A DNA stretch of 64,000 nucleotides from Phoronis australis (GCA_002633005.1 NMRA01000376.1:4410-68409); one strand, 5' to 3'; counted from the first letter of the stretch, positions 11,301 to 24,534 are shown. Numbers and translations are program-made. Notes: generated from the sequence alone by a model not told the origin.

Positions 11301-14300
11301 GATTTCGCGAGCTATTGTTTAACTTGTGAGGTCCATGCGACGGGCGTAAGCGCGTCGCATGGTTATCGCTTATGGGACGTTACCATCGTTTTCCTTTGTT
11401 GCGTCTTTGTTGGATGAAACAATACAGGTCACCGGATACCGTACCTTGGGCGCATATCAGCCGTTTACTGATAATTGCTTACCATTATCTTTATTGTAAG
11501 AAAGAAAAACAAAGTGAGCAATGGATATGCCTATCTGCCGATATCTATGCGGCGAGCTTGCGTCCTAGTTTCCTGTGGTAATCACGTGCGATCACCGTGG
11601 GCAAATAAAATCTCTGTAAGGCCTTCGCTAACCACAAATCACTTCATGGAAATGTAGGCTTCTCCTGTAAGGCTACAGATCAGCTTGTCTGACGAGCGTT
11701 CACGTGTGAACTTTTCAAGGCATGTGAACCCTGTATAAGCCAACTCAAGAAAGGGCATGGTTTAGTGAATATATTTTGAATATCTTGCATTTGTATCATT
11801 TTATGAATTGTATTAGCACTTGTTGATTTTTAAATCCACCTTTAAAATGGTGTTCGTTAATATGGTTTTAACTTGGTTTGTTTTTGTTAACTCTATGACC
11901 TTTGTTTCGTCATTTTCTTTGCTCACAATTGAGCTTAGAAAAATCTCGAAGGTAACTGAAGTTAAAAATTTTCAGGTAAAACCATTTTGCACGAATTTGG
12001 CCACTTACGCTGGGGTTTCTTTGACGAGTACCCTATACCAAAACAGGGCTACAAACGGTTTTATCACTCAACGGCACCAGACGGTAGTGCGGTAATAGAA
12101 CCAGTGAGGTGTTCTAAGAAGGTAGGCCCATGTTATTGTTGTAGTAATATACAGCACACATCATGTGGACGTTCGTTTTGCATTGAAGATACCGCACATG
12201 TTGAACACTGCATGAAATGGGAGTTTGAAATAAAGGGTTAATAGTACTTTCAGAACTTATGATATTCAGTGTAGTGACTGAGATTTGTTAGTGTTTAAAA
12301 GGACAAGAGCTTACATTTAGCTTCATTAGTATTATATTTTAACCACGAATATGGACAAACTCTTTCAAATAGTTTAACTGATGCATTTAGAACTTGCTGT
12401 TTTGTTCCTAGGCTTATGGCGAAATAAAACACGAGGTTACAGGAAATGACTGCAAAATGGATCTGACGACGTCACTTCCGGAAGACGCGTGCAACTTCTT
12501 TCCGCCACGTAACAAGCGTCTGTCGCCTTCTACTGGCTCATTGATGTTCTGGCATTTTATGACTTACGTACGTTCACACTTAGCATATAAAGCAGCTGCA
12601 AGAGATGGGCATAGTAGCGTAGTAAAGCCAGAACATCGTGCGAAACTTGCGAGGTACTTGCAGCGGCGACAATCTTGGTGTACGGGAACGGGACTTACAA
12701 CTCAAATAAAGCTGATTCTAATGCGATTTCCATCGTTTATGACTACCGCAAGTGCAGCTGGCTACTTAAAAAAACGAACAAAAACACACCAAATCAGCAT
12801 TTTTGTCCCCTAATGCCACCGTTCGCATGCGATTACTATGAACTGAGAGACACTGCATCCGACTGACGAAGTCTTCTGGATTGTAGAAATCAGGAAACAG
12901 GTGTGCATAAAAAGTCAGATTTTTAAAAATCACTATTAAATCTCTGAGTGGTACCTGGATTTCCTGCTTGTAAGCTGCAACAGTCAAACAAACGTCAGGA
13001 CTGAACAAAAAGTGGGTGAAGGTTTCTACAACTAGAATTCTTTCAACCAGAGCAGACTCAAAAACCAAGCAAATGCCATTCGTAGCCATCACAATCTGCA
13101 CAAAACTCAAAATAGCCAGCCAATCCAGCAGGCACTAATTTTTAATGAAATTGGGGGAGGCAAATTCACCTGTGACTCAAAAAAACTATTAAATGCCACC
13201 CTCCCATTGCAACTAAATGTCACGGGCAATGTGTACATTTGTTATTTCCTATTCGTAATTTTAGGATTGGCCAACACCAGTAAGCCCTTATTCAGAAGAG
13301 TTGTCTTGAATGGCAAATAGTTTCATTGTTCTTGCCGTTAAGGAAAATATAATACTATCACGGTAGGGCATACCATGATGCCAGTTTTATGAGAGAAAAA
13401 TGCCCAATTCGATTTTCCTTTTGATCCAGCTAAACAAGGAGGAAAGCAGCTTTTAAATAATACCATAAATGCTGATTTTACTGCCCAAAGCACAATTTTA
13501 CATCATATTCCTTAATTTCTTGCACTAACATTCAAAAGTTTTTCATGCTATAAGATACATAACAAATTATCAAATATACTTTAAAAGTTCTTTGTACTGT
13601 GCGTGGATAACTTTTTAAGAGATTTAACTTTCCTTGTCATAAGTAGAGGCAAGAAATCAAATGCTGAAAATTGAAATGGAGCAGTCAGACACACCTTTTA
13701 CATTACGTTGAACCTAAAAACCGCGGTAATCTATAATGTTACCAAGTACGCATTTTGCACTGTACAGTGTAGGTTATGGTCAAATTTAAATTATTTGAAA
13801 TATGCCATCTTCTTTTATCAAATCACCATAGAAATGTCACGCTAAACAACCAACAAAGCATAACCCGAGTGGAAACTCTTGTACAAATTCAACCAACCAC
13901 TGGCGATTTGACGTTTAAGTACAAAGATAAATGTGTAGTCTGTCATCCACGGCGCTGTCCTTGTAAACTACTGATAACACTCTTGTACAAATTGTATCGC
14001 CGAATAAAGATGAGATAAAAGCCATGTTGGAAACAGTAGCTCGCGTCTACATTTAAGAAACACCTAGTGATCAAATAAAACTTATTCATTAACTCTGGAG
14101 TAAAAGCGTACATAAATCACAGCAACTCATACTGTTGTCTGTGAAGCATAAGAATGGTGGACGCTTTTGCGGACTAATAATAAGCTTGTTGATAAAAAGT
14201 AATTATTCTAATGATCGCCCATATTTATCGACATCTTTAAAGCAAACAAATTTATGCGCCTTTTTGACAGTTCCCTTCATTTCCAAGAATGTATTTGCGA

Positions 14301-17300
14301 TATGTCACATTTCTAGCACATGTACCAATACAGTGTAGCTCATTTCCACCGACGTTTTTAGAAGAATTCATATAGGTTGTGCCTGGTTTTGAAAAGGTCG
14401 GTGATTACGATTGAAAGTAACATTGCTACGCAGTGAACAATTCATGGTTGCCCGTACTTGTTTATTATTTCAGACGGCCAATTTCTGCGACAATGATCCA
14501 ACTGACGAAAATAATCTGCACAATTCGGAAGCACCCAACAAACATAATATTCTCTGTGGGGGTCGAAGTCAATGGGAAATAATGCGAGAACATGTTGACT
14601 TCAAAGGTGAGGCAAACTGTATTCTATCTCCAGTTTTCTTTGGTCCAGAAATTTGTAAACTGACAACATGATTCAGCTTAAACGCATTCGGAGTTTCATA
14701 TATATTTCCATGGTCCAAGTTCACACACGATAAAACAAACAAAGCAATGTAATTGATCTAGCGTAGCTTATCCTGTAGGCCTACATATAAAAAATTGCAG
14801 TTAAGCGTGTGCGTTTGACAATACATTCGTTCTTGCTTGGGTGACAAGCTTGAACCTGAGACAAACGAAGCTGTGAAAAACATAATGTAGAGAAAGTGTC
14901 CAATAGTTCAAGCTAAGAATGGCGTGATTCGTGATTGGTTAAACAATGTGTTTCCTAGATAAAAGTAATGTTCCCAGTATTATCCACTGAACAAAATGAC
15001 AAGAGCTCTAGTATGCTTCCAAATTTTAAAAATTGATTGTTCGAATACGGCGTGCAGTGTAGTTAGTGGTGAATGGTCATGGTGGAGGAAAGAAATTTGA
15101 TTTTCAATGTATACGTTTGTGTGGTTTTAGCATAGTGAAAAACAGAACAGTTTCACTTCCTTAACATTCCGTCAGACGAAGGTCCCATTTGAACGGAAAT
15201 TTTTTCTCAAACTAAAGTTATATTTGAAGCCTACATTATAACGTCGTGCGGAAAATGACAAATTGTGTTGAGGGAACGTGGTAAGAACATAATTTCGGTA
15301 TGTGGGAAAAATTGTAGCCCACAAGAAAAGAAACGTAATGAGTAGAGAACTCTTTCGGTATATGAAGGAAAGAGATTGTCTATGCTGGATGCTCTCTGCA
15401 CAAAGCGCCTATAATAGATCCACCCTCTAAACACTCCAAAAATGTCAACATGAGGTAAATATGTGTCTTCCTACGTCACTTAATACACATACCTCCATGG
15501 TCCAGGCATCAGCCAGGGCCATGGTTCCAGTATGTCCATTAGTACCAACAGAAATGTTGGCCACAGCAGTTTCCTCAGGACTGGACACTAACAAAAGTCT
15601 ACGCCTTTTACAACGTTATTGTACATGTTCTTTGCCACAAATTCTGTGTCTGGCAGTTATTTCTTTACATCATTGTACCATTTTGAATTTCAGCTAACAA
15701 CAATCCAGCAATTGATGGTGACTCTGACGTTAACACCACGCCAAATTTCAAAATCGTTCAACGAGGCACACCCCGTGTTGTTCTTGTTTTGGACACTAGC
15801 GGTAGTATGCAGGTAACTAGTCCTCGTTTCACGCGGCTGTTCAGCCACAGCCGGTGCACATAAACACGTACAAAAACTAGTACACGCCACACAGCACAAC
15901 TAATAGTCCTATTTCTGGAATACAGGTAACATGCACATATAAAAAACGTAATGAGGGTCTTATTAATCTCACACTTGTTTAGAAAGACTAATTATTTTCA
16001 AATTTCGTACCATTAGATCCATATTTTGCGACTGTATTTGGTGTCATAAAATTGTTGACGACTGTAATAACCGGGATGTGCGGAATATTATGATTTTTCG
16101 GATATTGATTGACACGTTATGTAATAACAAGCGCTGTCGTTCGTTTATGTTGCTCTAGGTGAACGACAAATTGTTGAAAGCAAACCAAGCAGCGACAGAA
16201 TATCTTCGTAGTGCTGTCGAATCAGGCACCATGGTTGGTATTGTCACTTTCTCCAGTGACGCCATTGTTGCACATCGCATGATTGAGATCGCAGGCGAAT
16301 CGAGTCGTCAGAGTCTGATTGACGCATTACCAGCACGGGCAAATTTCAGCACGGCGATAGGAAAGGCCATTCTCAAGGGAATCGAGGTTGGTACTGAGCT
16401 TTATTCGTTCATTCTGTGTCACGTACCCCATGGATGAGTGTATACAGGATGTCACTGGCCGTTGCTAATAGCTTTCGGTGCGATTATAGACGGAAAACTG
16501 GTTCGAGTTAATCACTTTAGTGACCGTACGTTCGCAAGTGTACTGATGTGAAACGTCCGACGTACTGTCTGCTCTATGCTCCAGCCAGTGCTGCGAAGCC
16601 TTGGCTTGTGATAAACTCCTGAGTCACTTCCAACAACTGTTACACTCGTTTATTCAATCAACCTGCTGTTTCTATATCTGGCTCTCTATTTACTAACGCT
16701 GTAACTGCTGATTCTACACGTGCATCTGAACTGTAACTTTAACATTTAAGTAGTATGGTTAGGCAAAAATAACTGCAAACAACAACATTAGCATTTTCTT
16801 TCGTTAACACCAAGACTCAGAAAGATCAAATGCATGGCAGTCTATATGAAGCCACGTGAATTTAGGTCGACCAAAATATGTAGTAGTAGTAGAAGTAGTA
16901 GAAATACACTTTATTCACGTTAAGACAAAAAAATACAATTAATACAAAATTACGCTTATGGAGACACCGTGACGATTTGAGCAAAATTAACTGCTAAGGT
17001 ATCCCACGGGCAGAAAAGACATATCGGAAATAAGACACGTCTCCATGAAAGATTCAGGATCAGATTAAAAAGAAATTTCTAAAGGATTTTTTATGTAACA
17101 GCATTGTTCGCTGGATCACTTAATATTTTGACAACATTTACCTTTTACGTTCACGGTAATCTCAAACATTAACTTGAAAGCAAAATTTATGATTCTATCG
17201 ATGGGAATAAGTGTGCAATTTCATTTTTAAGAGTGGTGAACAAGCTGCAACTCCAAAACAGTAAACAACGGTTCATGCGTTATTGCGTGTCAGATCCGCT

Positions 17301-20300
17301 ATTAGAAAAAAACAGTTTTCATTTACACACGTGCAGCCTTATTTATTTTCATTTAACACGGGCTGTTTATTAATATTGTAAAAGGTACTGGGTTTGGAAT
17401 CTACTATCGGATTAGGTCTGTCGGCAATTAAAGTTACATATTTGAAAAGAATCAAAAATTAATCTTTTAAATTACTCAGTGATTTCATTCAAACTGTTAA
17501 TTTCACGATGTAGCATATGCTAATTGGCTATTTACCACAAATGTGTCAAAATGTGATGGAAATACAATGGGGCTTCTGTTGTATATGTACGACGCGTACC
17601 AGATTAGACAGAACTTTTTCATGTTTGTCACGAAAAATTTAATGTACAATAATTTGCGTTAACGGATACATATGACCTAAAGTATCCATGAATCCAACTG
17701 CACTGTAATTGCACGGTCCCGGATAGAAAGAAGAAAAATGGGTTGTTACATAACGTTTCAGAAATGCCCGACTGATTCTAGCAATCGTGTTGGAAAATAT
17801 CGCATCCACGGATACATCACAAGTTTATCCAACTGCCTGCCGTCGGAGATGCAGCCCACAACACGGTAGTGAAACTTCAAAGGCACTGGAATGATCAAAT
17901 ACAATTAATGCAGTCGAGAAAAATTTTGAACAGAGCAAGGCACCAACAAATAACATGAGAAACTCCAATGCCTCGAAAACGAGGCTAGAGAACAGCTTGA
18001 CAGAATTTGCAGCATTTTGGGTAAATACGGCGAGATTCAAGTGTCGCTGTGTAACCTGGGACCGTCCTATTAGAATGTATGACAAGTCCTCTATGTCTCA
18101 TATTGCCATGAATTGTGTCATCATGATTCCAAAGACTGCTTACATCTATTCCCTTTTACAGCTTCTCGAAACTCAAGGGGACGCGCGTGGTGGCAAGTTA
18201 TTGCTTCTCAGTGACGGAATTGAACGAATCAAACCGTTTATTGCCGATGTGAAGCCCACTGTTGCGGAGAAGGGTGTCATCGTGGATACGATTCGTTACA
18301 CTGCGTACGCAGACGAACAACTTCTGTCTCTTGCCGCCTCCACCGGAGGAATGTCGTTTTTCACCTCGGATAAGGATGGCGCTACGGGTCTCAACGACGC
18401 CTTGACAAAAACAGTTACAGACCGCCAACAGAAGACCAGCTTTGTGAAGGTAATGTACGAGATAAGTTTCACGATGAACAGTTTGCGAAATCTGAGATTC
18501 CAACACTTTCAAATATACATTCAGGGTAACCCCTACCGAAAAAACTAACCCACAAAATTTTGAATAAAATTATGAATTTCTATTCTTTTTGGAAAGAACA
18601 AAAAATTTATGAAAACTAACTCGTAAACTAACTAAACTTGTCCGTAGATTGAAATCTAAGTCTATCAAATTTGGAAAATAGTCTCATGTAGGATAAAAAT
18701 AAAAATAATGCAAACTGTTCTTTGGGTCACTTGGAGTCTGTTTAAAATAACTCACCAGCTTTGCGAATTAATTGTGAAAGTTTGTTCACGTTGACATCTA
18801 TTGACTACGGTAACTTTTAGGGACATTGTACAATATAGCACTACAGCAAGAGAAATGATATGATAGGACATAATAAAATACAACACAATGAAATAAAGTA
18901 ATGAAAAAAAAGTCTCATTGACAGGGATCACTCCGGAGAAAACCTTTTAAAGTGTTTAAAACCACCAATTTGATATCAAAAACATCAAAAAACAGAAGGG
19001 CCCACCAAACGATCAAGGGTCATATGAAGCGCCAAGGGGTTCTTAAGTGAGCACCTTTCTGCGCGTTGATTTTTTGGATGTAGTCAAGCTTAACTTTTTA
19101 ATAATTCATTTTAATAAGGCATCTTCCGTTGTGTTTAGTGTGAAAAGTCGTCAGATAGTAATGCTCGTTTTCCCGTAACGTTTGTAGTGGTTGTGACAAC
19201 TCGGTAATTGGCCACGCTGTGTTTCTTTCCACTTTCCCGCGGGACATCAGAAAAGCGTGGATATACCACAATTTTGTACAAGAAACTCGCGTGTTAATGG
19301 ATACACAGGCGCTGGGTACGTTTACACGCCACACACATGTCCGTGGGGCTAAGAAGCTTTCGCTTTTCTTCTTATATTCTCGTTTGGCGATGTTGAATTT
19401 ACGGTTGTGATAAGCAGTGTTATACAGGAAGATTTAATGATGGTGACAATGTAGTCATTGGGCAAAACATGGTAAATAGTGGTTTTAATAATAATTCATT
19501 TACTCACTAAAGAGAATATTTTAATTTCCCCTCTGAGGATTAATTATGAAAATAATAACAGGAAGAACTTATATCACTGGAAACGGTCTTAATTCCAATG
19601 TTATGTACAACAAAAACTTGTACGTCTTTTTTCACCTCAAGTGATTTTAGTGCGAATGTTTATAACTGGTGCCGGTCATACACAAGCTGCCTACAGTCGC
19701 AGAATTTATGAGTAACACTGTTACAGATCTTCAGCGATTCTTTCAAACTCAGCGCCCGCTCCAACTACACTGCAAGCATCTTGATAGATTCAGACATTGG
19801 CAGCAACAGCGAGGTCGTGGTCACGTGGTTGACGTCCGAGGTACCTCAATTCAGCGCCAGTCTCTACTCCCCCAGTGGCTCAGCGGCAGCCGTTCGAAAG
19901 TTCGACACATCAAAAATGTTAAGAGTCTCGATAGACGGAAACGCTGATCCAGGAAAATGGCGTTTTGAACTGATCAATCCAAATGAGAAAGAGTACCAGC
20001 TGCAGATATCCGTGACATCACGTGCAAAGTCGTCGTCAACCAAGCCCATCACACTAACGTCTTTCCTCAGCTCGTCCAAAGTTGATTTCAATGGTATGAG
20101 GATTTATGTTTTCACCTCATTTACATGTATACAAATAAAGTACATGGGAAAGCAGTATTACAGTATGTACAATGTAAGTTGTCTTGCTGTAAATACAAGT
20201 TCAGCGAATTTCGTGACTCGTTCTCCAGCGAATGGTCTGTATCTTCAATAGTTCGCGACTTAGTTTCATGGGTCCCTGCTCAGGTATGTAACGCAATTAT

Positions 20301-23300
20301 TACTGTGACAGGTACCTTACTCTCGCTGTGTCCTTTGATATTTGTACTGTAATGTAACTGACATTCCTGTTTTATCTGCATTTAGCCACTGAAGCTTCGA
20401 AGACGAGACTGATCATCTACGCGACGTTGAAGAAAGGCTTCACTCCCGTTGTCTTTGCCAAAGTAACTGCTGTGATTGAGTCTTCTAAGAAGACTTACTC
20501 CCAGCCGCTGTACGACAATGGCTCTGGTATGTGAATATAAGCTGTCATCCACAGATGAGATTATTCATGCTCATTGTGTTTCTGACTGAAAACGATGGCT
20601 TACGTCACAAAATGAAATTGGTCGAAATTGTTACTTCGATACATTTCTCGGCTTTTAAGTATTGTTTCCAAACTTGGTGAACCGAACAGCATAGTACTAT
20701 TTGAATTTTAATGCCGCTTTAAACCATGTTTTGATATCAAATAGGCGACATGTTGCTCTTCCAAAGCAGCGTCATAGTGTTGTTATCCTTTACACATTGC
20801 TGATGTAAATTTGGTTGCATTAAAACGCCTGGAAATCCCTCGATTGCCATATTGCTTCGGTGGTTGAAATCAACCCGCCGTAACAAGCTAACTTTATATG
20901 CTTATTTGCACAAAATACTCAAAAATAGGGACTCAAATGTGCTACCTAACTTTAATTTTCAATACCTGTGTGGATTTGCGCAAACACTGGTTGATCTTTC
21001 TAATGCTACTTATCTTCGTTACTAAGTCAATTTTCAGCTTTGGTGATCACCGAGAGTGAACTTCATGCAATGCCCCTAATTTAAGTCCCTATTTATTTTC
21101 ATTGAATTAAGAGTTAAATTTCAGGTGTATTATATAAGGAGGCCATCATTCAAAATCTCATAATAAACATAAATTGATAGAAAATTCATAACATTTTTGA
21201 GTTAAAGACACTTTTCCTTTACATTCAACAATTTAAAACACAGGATGTTTCGTGAGTCGAAAGATGTCTCTAAAATATAAACTTTAACATTTCTTAACCT
21301 TCAGTCCTGTTTGCGTTTGTTTTATTTTACAATTAATTTAATTTTTTGTTGAAAGTGGATAGGTTTTCGCGGAAACCTTGTTACCTATGGCGGCAGTTGA
21401 AAAGGTATCCATAATACATGAGTCACCTGTCACTCACTACGGCGCCCATTTTAGGTGGTGGTGCACCACAAAAATAACAATTAAACTAAAACATTCATAT
21501 CAAAGTCACTTAAGTTTGAAAATATTTGGAGTTGTGTTGAATGAGCATTATTTGGGCTGACGTTTCGACTGAACAAATATGCGTTCAAATCTGTTTTGTA
21601 ACATTTGTAACTGTAGCGGAAAGAGTATTTTTAACATACACAAACTCGTGGAAGATTTAGGGAAATTAGTCGAGTACCTATTTGAGAATGCTTCATGCAA
21701 CTGGCCACTTGAACTTGGACTAAAGTAATAACGAACACACATCATTTTTAGTCTGGTTCTGTTGTTTTTACAGAAAGCGCGGTTTCATTGCACACTTAAA
21801 ACCACGCTCATTCGATACAATTTTCAGTACGACGTTATAATGTAAATGACTACGTCACACGGAAATGAACGAACTTGTATCGAATGAACATGCTTGAAAT
21901 CATGCACAAGTATCATTGCATTGGTTTTTACGCGCAAAATGTGATGACCCTAAGTAATTGACTTCTCAGAGATCGCCAGTCCTTTGAATTCCCAGAAATG
22001 ATTTCTAACGTTGATATAAAAGAAGAGCACTTATGACGGCACGCAGCCTAATTCAAGGCCTGTCGTTTTTACGTCGGAAATCGACAGCAAGTGTTTTGAA
22101 ACTTTAATAAATATTCAAATGACAATCTGGCTATGATTTAGAATGTAATACCTATAGACACCTAACCCCTGTTACAGAGTAGATTTCCGTTGCAGGCGCC
22201 GACACTTCTAAGGAAGATGGTGTGTATAGCGGTTACTTCATAGATATGGATGGCGATGGAGACTATTCCGTTACGGTTAAAGTTGATGACGATTCGGGAC
22301 AGGCCAAATTGAAGTCTGGCGAAATAACTGGCGCTCAGAATTCAATCAATGTCGGATACTTGGAAGGAAATGAAAGTACGTTTCCCTTTGAATGTCACAA
22401 ATCCTTTGATTGCTCTTTGTGACAACAAGATAGCTTGCATAAAACAAATCCAAGTGGTGGTACGATGACCACGAATGGACTTTTTAGTTTAAGACCACTA
22501 GCATTTATTTTTTGCACTGGTGCTCTTGAAAGTCCATACTCTTGGCTATGATTCCACATAAACCTTTTTCAATTCTTACCTAATACAGAATCTCTCATTG
22601 CATCCACCTGGTCAGATCTCGCCCTTAGCTTCCCGACCTCAAGCGTTTCTCTGATCTTGTTGAGGCTTGTCGCTTTTTAGATGATTCCTGATGGAGCCTC
22701 CCGAGAATGTTTGCTAGCACTGTGTCAAAAAGTTTAGCTTTCAAATTATATTAGTAGTGTGAAAATATGTTCCCTCTTCGTCCGAAGCATTGTAACTAAT
22801 AGTTACTACACTATAAAATGTTCTCTTCAAACGGGAAGTTGTCATTTACATGGGTTGCACGTTTTTGAAACACTTAGTACAGAAAAATGAAGATTACGCA
22901 GAGACATTTAAACAATTTCAAGAAGAATACGTATTACGTGTGTATTCGGCAATCGGTGTTCCAAATTATTTTATTGCTTGTTTTAGCCGAAAAAGTCAAA
23001 GTGGTGTTGCTGCCAATTGGTCAGATTTCTCGAGTTACATCCGGAGGCTTCTTCAAAGTTCAGAACCAGCCGACCGGAAGTGTCGATATGTATGCACCCG
23101 ACGCCATTACTGACTTAGAGGTGCGTGCTAAGTGCGGATATCTAGCACAAAGCAGTTGACGCAGATACCTGTCAGCGTGTCGTTAATATGCCCATTTTGT
23201 CGTGCTAAACGTTTTTCAATGTGCTTCACGAATTGTCTGACGATTGCATCATCCGTTAGAAAGCAATGCCGTAAGTTAACTATGCAGGAGCGTAGCTACA

Positions 23301-24534
23301 ATATGCGACAATACGTACGCGCATCGTAGACAAAATGAAAAACAGACTGTTATATTTGAGTGAAACGGGACGATTTTGTTCGAGCTTTCCATCGAGTCAA
23401 AACGTGTCTCTACATCAAATTTTATGAAACGGTTTGAGCATTCTAGAAAAAATGGCTATCTACGCCCCTGTTATGCTACTGCATAAGACCTTGCAAAAAT
23501 TAGGGTTCCGTCTCGGAGCCACAGGTGCCTCTCGAAAGTTGTGTCGAAGAGGTGGTGTCATAATTGTGGCGACCATGGGAGGGGTTAAACATTTGTGACA
23601 ATAAGCTAATACAGCTTAGGGAACAAAAAATGGTAAAGTCTACACTGGCAAATGGAATCGTCTTTATTCAAGCATGCTGAGTGGCGAAGTAATCAGTTTT
23701 CTTGTACAATGTAAAATTGGTGTGCGAAACGTTATTTTATTTTCTCCAACAGAAAATCCATTGAGATGTAGTCAATCCATTGATCATTGGCTTTTTGAGA
23801 GAAAGTGGCCCCACAACCACGTGTGAATGCTGTTTTTGTATGTAAACTTTCAGATACTTGAAACAAATCATGACTCCTCCACTGTATCCCTCCGCTGGAC
23901 GGCAGTTGGTGACGATTTAGACAAAGGACAAGGTATTGTTTTGGATAATAAACGTGTCGTTCAAAATGTGTCATATAAGACCTATGAAACATTTAGAATA
24001 CACAAATAGGTTTATAGAGAAATTTTTGTGTTAAGTAACATAATTGGCATTTCAGATAGACAGGAAATTTATGCATGTTTTATCATAATTTCAGCCATGA
24101 AGTATGACTTAAGAATGGACTCAAGTGTCACTGAATTGCGAAAACGTTTTGACAAGGCAAGCACTGTACTACAAAAGGATCTGATTGAAGGTGATTTGTC
24201 GAATCCAAAAGCAGCAGGGCAGACGGAAACTTTCGTTGTTAAAGTTGACAAGACAAAAGGCGGTTCTTTTGCGTTTGCTGTACGAGCCGTTGACGACAAA
24301 GATCAACCGGGAAAAGTTTCTAACGTAGTTCCAGTTGCTTTCACCACTGAAGCACCTCAGAGGTATCTTGGGATTGACCGCCCGGCGGCGTTGTCAACTG
24401 GCGCCATTGTAGCAATTGCTGTTGCTACAGCTGTGGTGTTGATTGCGCTGGTTGTGTCTTTAGCCATTTTCGTGGGGAAGAAAAAATCTTCATCAAGAGT
24501 CGACTCTGAAAAGGCTCTGAAAATCCACGATTAG
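8217..24534 (+). CDS. CLCA: CLCA-family calcium-activated chloride channel regulator (zinc metalloprotease + VWA + beta-sheet-rich + FnIII + C-terminal TM), 15 coding exons, ~952 aa
   Basis: join(8217-8372,9528-9667,9969-10120,11976-12121,12412-12567,14474-14606,15694-15812,16159-16386,18162-18449,19727-20093,20386-20526,22196-22375,22987-23120,23854-23932,24095-24534)=2859 nt, in frame, all GT-AG. Motifs: signal peptide MVRLLLTICLVLLAPCGA; PY..QPGQCGEPGEYMHLTP; HEFGHLRWGFFDEY; HNSEAPNKHN; VVLVLDTSGSM; LLLSDG; DNGSGADTSKEDGVYSGYF; WTAVGDDLDKG; TM GAIVAIAVATAVVLIALVVSLAIFV followed by KKK. Confidence 0.95.
9528..9667 (+). CDS. CLCA: CLCA coding exon 2
   Basis: DGFTAMSRDLLVATKRRAYLGNVTILIPYSW...ESYE; tag| and |gtatgt; not in the ORF track. 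Confidence 0.9.
9745..9870. repeat. Short repeat fragment; inverted partner at ~51429-51454
   Basis: ggtcaattttcgagtcgagtttcgag is the reverse complement of ctcgaaactcgactcgaaaattgacc. Confidence 0.6.
9969..10120 (+). CDS. CLCA: CLCA coding exon 3
   Basis: ANVIVADPNP...PYVNQPGQCGEPGEYMHLTPRYL...WGPT. Confidence 0.92.
10308..10522. repeat. Dispersed repeat; direct copy at 21361-21575
   Basis: Shared catgagtcacctgtca...acggcgcccatttta..tggtggtgcaccac...agtttgaaaatatttggagttgtg. Confidence 0.85.
10840..11210. repeat. Dispersed repeat; diverged direct copy at ~19100-19460
   Basis: Shared cgcgggacatcaga.aagc..ggatat...gtgtt.atggata...gcgctgg.tacgtt...tgtcc.tggggctaa. Confidence 0.75.
11976..12121 (+). 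CDS. CLCA: CLCA coding exon 4 (HExxH zinc site)
   Basis: KTILHEFGHLRWGFFDEYP...EPVRCSKK. Confidence 0.93.
12412..12567 (+). CDS. CLCA: CLCA coding exon 5 (Cys-rich region)
   Basis: AYGEIKHEVTGNDCKMD...CNFFP...GSLMFWHFMTY. Confidence 0.88.
14474..14606 (+). CDS. CLCA: CLCA coding exon 6
   Basis: TANFCDND...LHNSEAPNKHNILCGGRSQWEIMREHVDFK. Confidence 0.92.
15694..15812 (+). CDS. CLCA: CLCA coding exon 7 (VWA start, MIDAS DxSxS)
   Basis: TPNFKIVQRGTPRVVLVLDTSGSMQ|gtaact. Confidence 0.92.
16159..16386 (+). CDS. CLCA: CLCA coding exon 8 (VWA)
   Basis: VNDKLLKANQAA...VGIVTFSSDA...STAIGKAILKGIE. Confidence 0.92.
16881..17030 (-). mobile_element. Possible non-LTR retroelement (L2/CR1-like or SINE) 3' end
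   Basis: Minus strand ends AATAAA gtgtattt followed by an imperfect (CTA)n tail; no RT ORF recognised upstream. Confidence 0.35.
18162..18449 (+). CDS. CLCA: CLCA coding exon 9 (VWA)
   Basis: GGKLLLLSDG...GVIVDTI...LAASTGG. Confidence 0.92.
19100..19460. repeat. Copy of the 10840-11210 repeat
   Basis: See partner. Confidence 0.75.
19727..20093 (+). CDS. CLCA: CLCA coding exon 10
   Basis: IFSDSF...IDSDIG...LYSPSG...ADPGKW...ISVTSRA. Confidence 0.9.
20386..20526 (+). CDS. CLCA: CLCA coding exon 11
   Basis: LIIYATLKKGFTPVVFAKVTAVIE...LYDNGS. Confidence 0.9.
20922..21190. mobile_element. Fragment of a TIR element (AATAGGGACTCAA); related fragment at ~30040-30295
   Basis: Shared cgagagtgaact, ccctatttattttc and ctcataataaa; aatagggactcaa here versus ttgagtccctattt at ~30282. 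Confidence 0.55.
21361..21575. repeat. Copy of the 10308-10522 repeat
   Basis: See partner. Confidence 0.85.
22196..22375 (+). CDS. CLCA: CLCA coding exon 12
   Basis: GADTSKEDGVYSGYF...GDYSVTVKV...VGYLEGNE. Confidence 0.92.
22987..23120 (+). CDS. CLCA: CLCA coding exon 13
   Basis: ISRVTSGGFFKV...DMYAPDAITDLE. Confidence 0.9.
23854..23932 (+). CDS. CLCA: CLCA coding exon 14 (FnIII)
   Basis: VSLRWTAVGDDLDKGQ. Confidence 0.9.
24095..24534 (+). CDS. CLCA: CLCA coding exon 15 (FnIII end, TM, stop)
   Basis: AMKYDLRM...PKAAGQTETF...FAVRAVD...KVSNV; hydrophobic TM; TAG 24532-24534. Confidence 0.93.

Noticed and set aside
11971-11981. Acceptor followed by GTAAAA (recursive-splice-like) at the HExxH exon
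   Set aside because: Explained by Gly-Lys codons; weak donor in a short intron.
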